This document shows, one piece after another, positions 36,263 through 38,071 of a stretch of 38,071 bases of DNA; within the stretch, counting starts at the first letter, position 1; every line of letters begins with the position of its first letter. The stretch comes from Octopus sinensis. Taxonomy: Eukaryota. The notes beneath the pieces are model-generated. The model was not told the origin of the DNA. It was given only the letters and a program-made list of their open reading frames with translations, and made no database searches. The stretch spans positions 1-38,071 of the forward strand of contig NW_021835784.1 in NCBI RefSeq assembly GCF_006345805.1, in the 5' to 3' direction. The translations under genes were made by a program, and so were the position numbers.

Positions 36263-36677
36263 GGGCGGCGAGCTGCCAGAAACGTTAGCGTGCCGGGCCA
36301 AATGCTGAGCGGTATTTCGTCTGTCGTTACGTTCTGAGTTCAAATTCCGCCGAGGTCGACTTTGCCTTTCATCCTTTCGGGGTCGATAAATAAAGTACCA
36401 GTTTCGCACTGGAGTCGATATAATCGACTTAATCCGTTTGTCTGTCCTTGTTTGTCCCCTCTATGTTTAGCCCCTTGTGGGTAGTAAAGAAATAGGTATT
36501 TCATCCGTCGCTACGTTCTGAGTTCAAATTCCGCCGAGGTCGACTTTGCCTTTCATCCTTTCGGGGTCGATAAATAAAGTACCAGTTTCGCACTGGAGTC
36601 GATGTAATCGACTTAATCCGTTTGTCTGTCCTTGTTTGTCCCCTCTATGTTTAGCCCCTTGTGGGTAGTAAAGAAAT
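36263..36677 (+). mobile_element. SINE family A with tandem head-less second unit
   Basis: Junction aaagaaataggtatttc near 36490, as at 1441 and 32550. Confidence 0.9.
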
Positions 36678-37033
36678 ATAAATATATGATAGGAAGATTT
36701 TTGCAACTATTTCCCTCTGGACAATTGACCACAAAGAGGATTCCTTGTTGGTATGTTGCTGCTGACCCTGCTGCTGATGTTTAACCTTAATTGCTTGATG
36801 GTGTTGGTGGCGGTCGTAACTGCTGTACGGTGGTGGTGGTGGTGGTGGTGGTGGTGATAGTGGCGGCGGGAGACGGGTCGTTGTGACGGTGTGTATATAT
36901 TTTGGGAATGTATGTATAGTTTGTGTACATGTATTTGCGCGGGTGTATAAATGTTTTATCATTACCACCACCACCACCACCACCACCACTACCACCATCA
37001 TCATAATCATCATCATCATCATCATCATCACCA

Positions 37034-37265
37034 TTGTTGTTGTTGTTGTTGTCGTCGTTGTTGTTGTTCCTTTACTAAAACCAAATTAGACATCCGACAA
37101 AACAAGAAATAAACAGGTAGACGGTGGGTAGTGGAGCTGGGTGGGTGGGCGGTGGAAGAAGGAGAAGAAGGATGATGATGATGATGATGATGAAGGAAAA
37201 AAGAAGAGTTAAATGTCGAAAAGACTTTTTGGTAAGCTAAAATAAACAGAACAATGATGTCTAAC

Positions 37266-37267
<2 letters not shown>
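37034..37267 (-). repeat. Right arm of ~250-bp inverted repeat
   Basis: Reverse complement of 34906-35168. Confidence 0.92.
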
Positions 37268-37319
<52 letters not shown>

Positions 37320-37341
37320 TTAATAATAATAATATAATAAA

Positions 37342-37897
37342 TGCCCTGATGCAGTACCAGGCAGTGGCTCTCATGGCTTCTGATCTTAACTGATTGGAAG
37401 TGTTATCATGTACATTGTTTTGTCTTGGTATAAAAGATGGGCTATAACAAATATCTGCTCAATACCAACAGATTTGCTTGTCAGTTGTTTGACTCAAACC
37501 AGTTGAGCATGTCCCTTAGTGGCTGACGATATGTGCATCTCTGATCATGAGCAGAAGTAGTGGGGGAGCATCATAGCCATGTGTTGAGAGGGATTTTTTG
37601 GGGTTTTGAATAATTCACCTCTGGAAACATAGGTGTTTCGTTCAACATCCTTAAAACAACCCTTATTCAAGGACCTTTTGAGCGGGATGGGTTACTCGAC
37701 CGAAGAAATTCTAAACTGGGGCCCACCTGCAAGGTCATGTGCTGTTATCTTGATATGAGATCACCATGTCGCACACATATGGTTGTGATGCATGTGCCTG
37801 GTGTACCCTTATCAGACGGGTAATCATGATGGGTATACTGGGCTTCGTATATTTTACCCCGGTGTCACTTTGATGGCATGCACTGCTCTCTCACTCA
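37342..37897 (-). mobile_element. ~555-bp non-coding element in an (AAT)n tract
   Basis: Reverse complement of 23454-24005; (AAT)n on both sides. Confidence 0.85.
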
Positions 37898-37924
37898 ATA
37901 ATAATAATAATAATAACAGTAACA

Positions 37925-38071
37925 AATGCCGCCAGGCATTTCGCCCGTCTTCACGTTCTGAGTTCAAATTCCGCCGGGAACGACTTTGATTTCATCTTTT
38001 CAGGGTCAACAAAACAAGTTGCCCTTGAGCACTGGGGTCAGTGTAATCGACTTACCCCATCCCTCGAAGTA
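37925..38071 (+). mobile_element. Diverged SINE family A, cut by the window end
   Basis: acgttctgagttcaaattccgcc...catcttttcagggtc...ctggggtcagtgtaatcgact. Confidence 0.75.

Overview
AT-rich, repeat-saturated eukaryotic DNA, most likely an intron or intergenic stretch of an octopus genome. That assignment rests on my recognition of the recurring tRNA-derived SINE families and the extreme microsatellite density, not on a database search. I found no intact, recognisable protein-coding gene, rRNA, genuine tRNA or CRISPR array. Nearly all ORFs in the supplied track are translations of microsatellites or SINEs. Supportable features are: (i) about 30 copies or fragments of at least four tRNA-headed SINE families; (ii) three LINE fragments (two CR1/L2-group 3' ends, one RTE-type RT piece); (iii) DNA-transposon MITEs (two Tc1/mariner, one piggyBac nested in a mariner TIR, one hAT-like) and a 299-bp non-autonomous Helitron; (iv) Penelope-like fragments carrying minimal hammerhead-ribozyme motifs; (v) a ~555-bp TG...CA element sitting in (AAT)n tracts. 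The most interesting unexplained items are the minimal hammerheads, a decayed unidentified reading frame at 21.2-22.0 kb that runs in frame once a SINE and its TSD are removed, a ~2.4-kb nested fold-back at 34.9-37.3 kb, and several candidate short exons (4.1-4.5 kb, 13.56 kb, 22.8 kb). I cannot claim a new biological system from this sequence alone.
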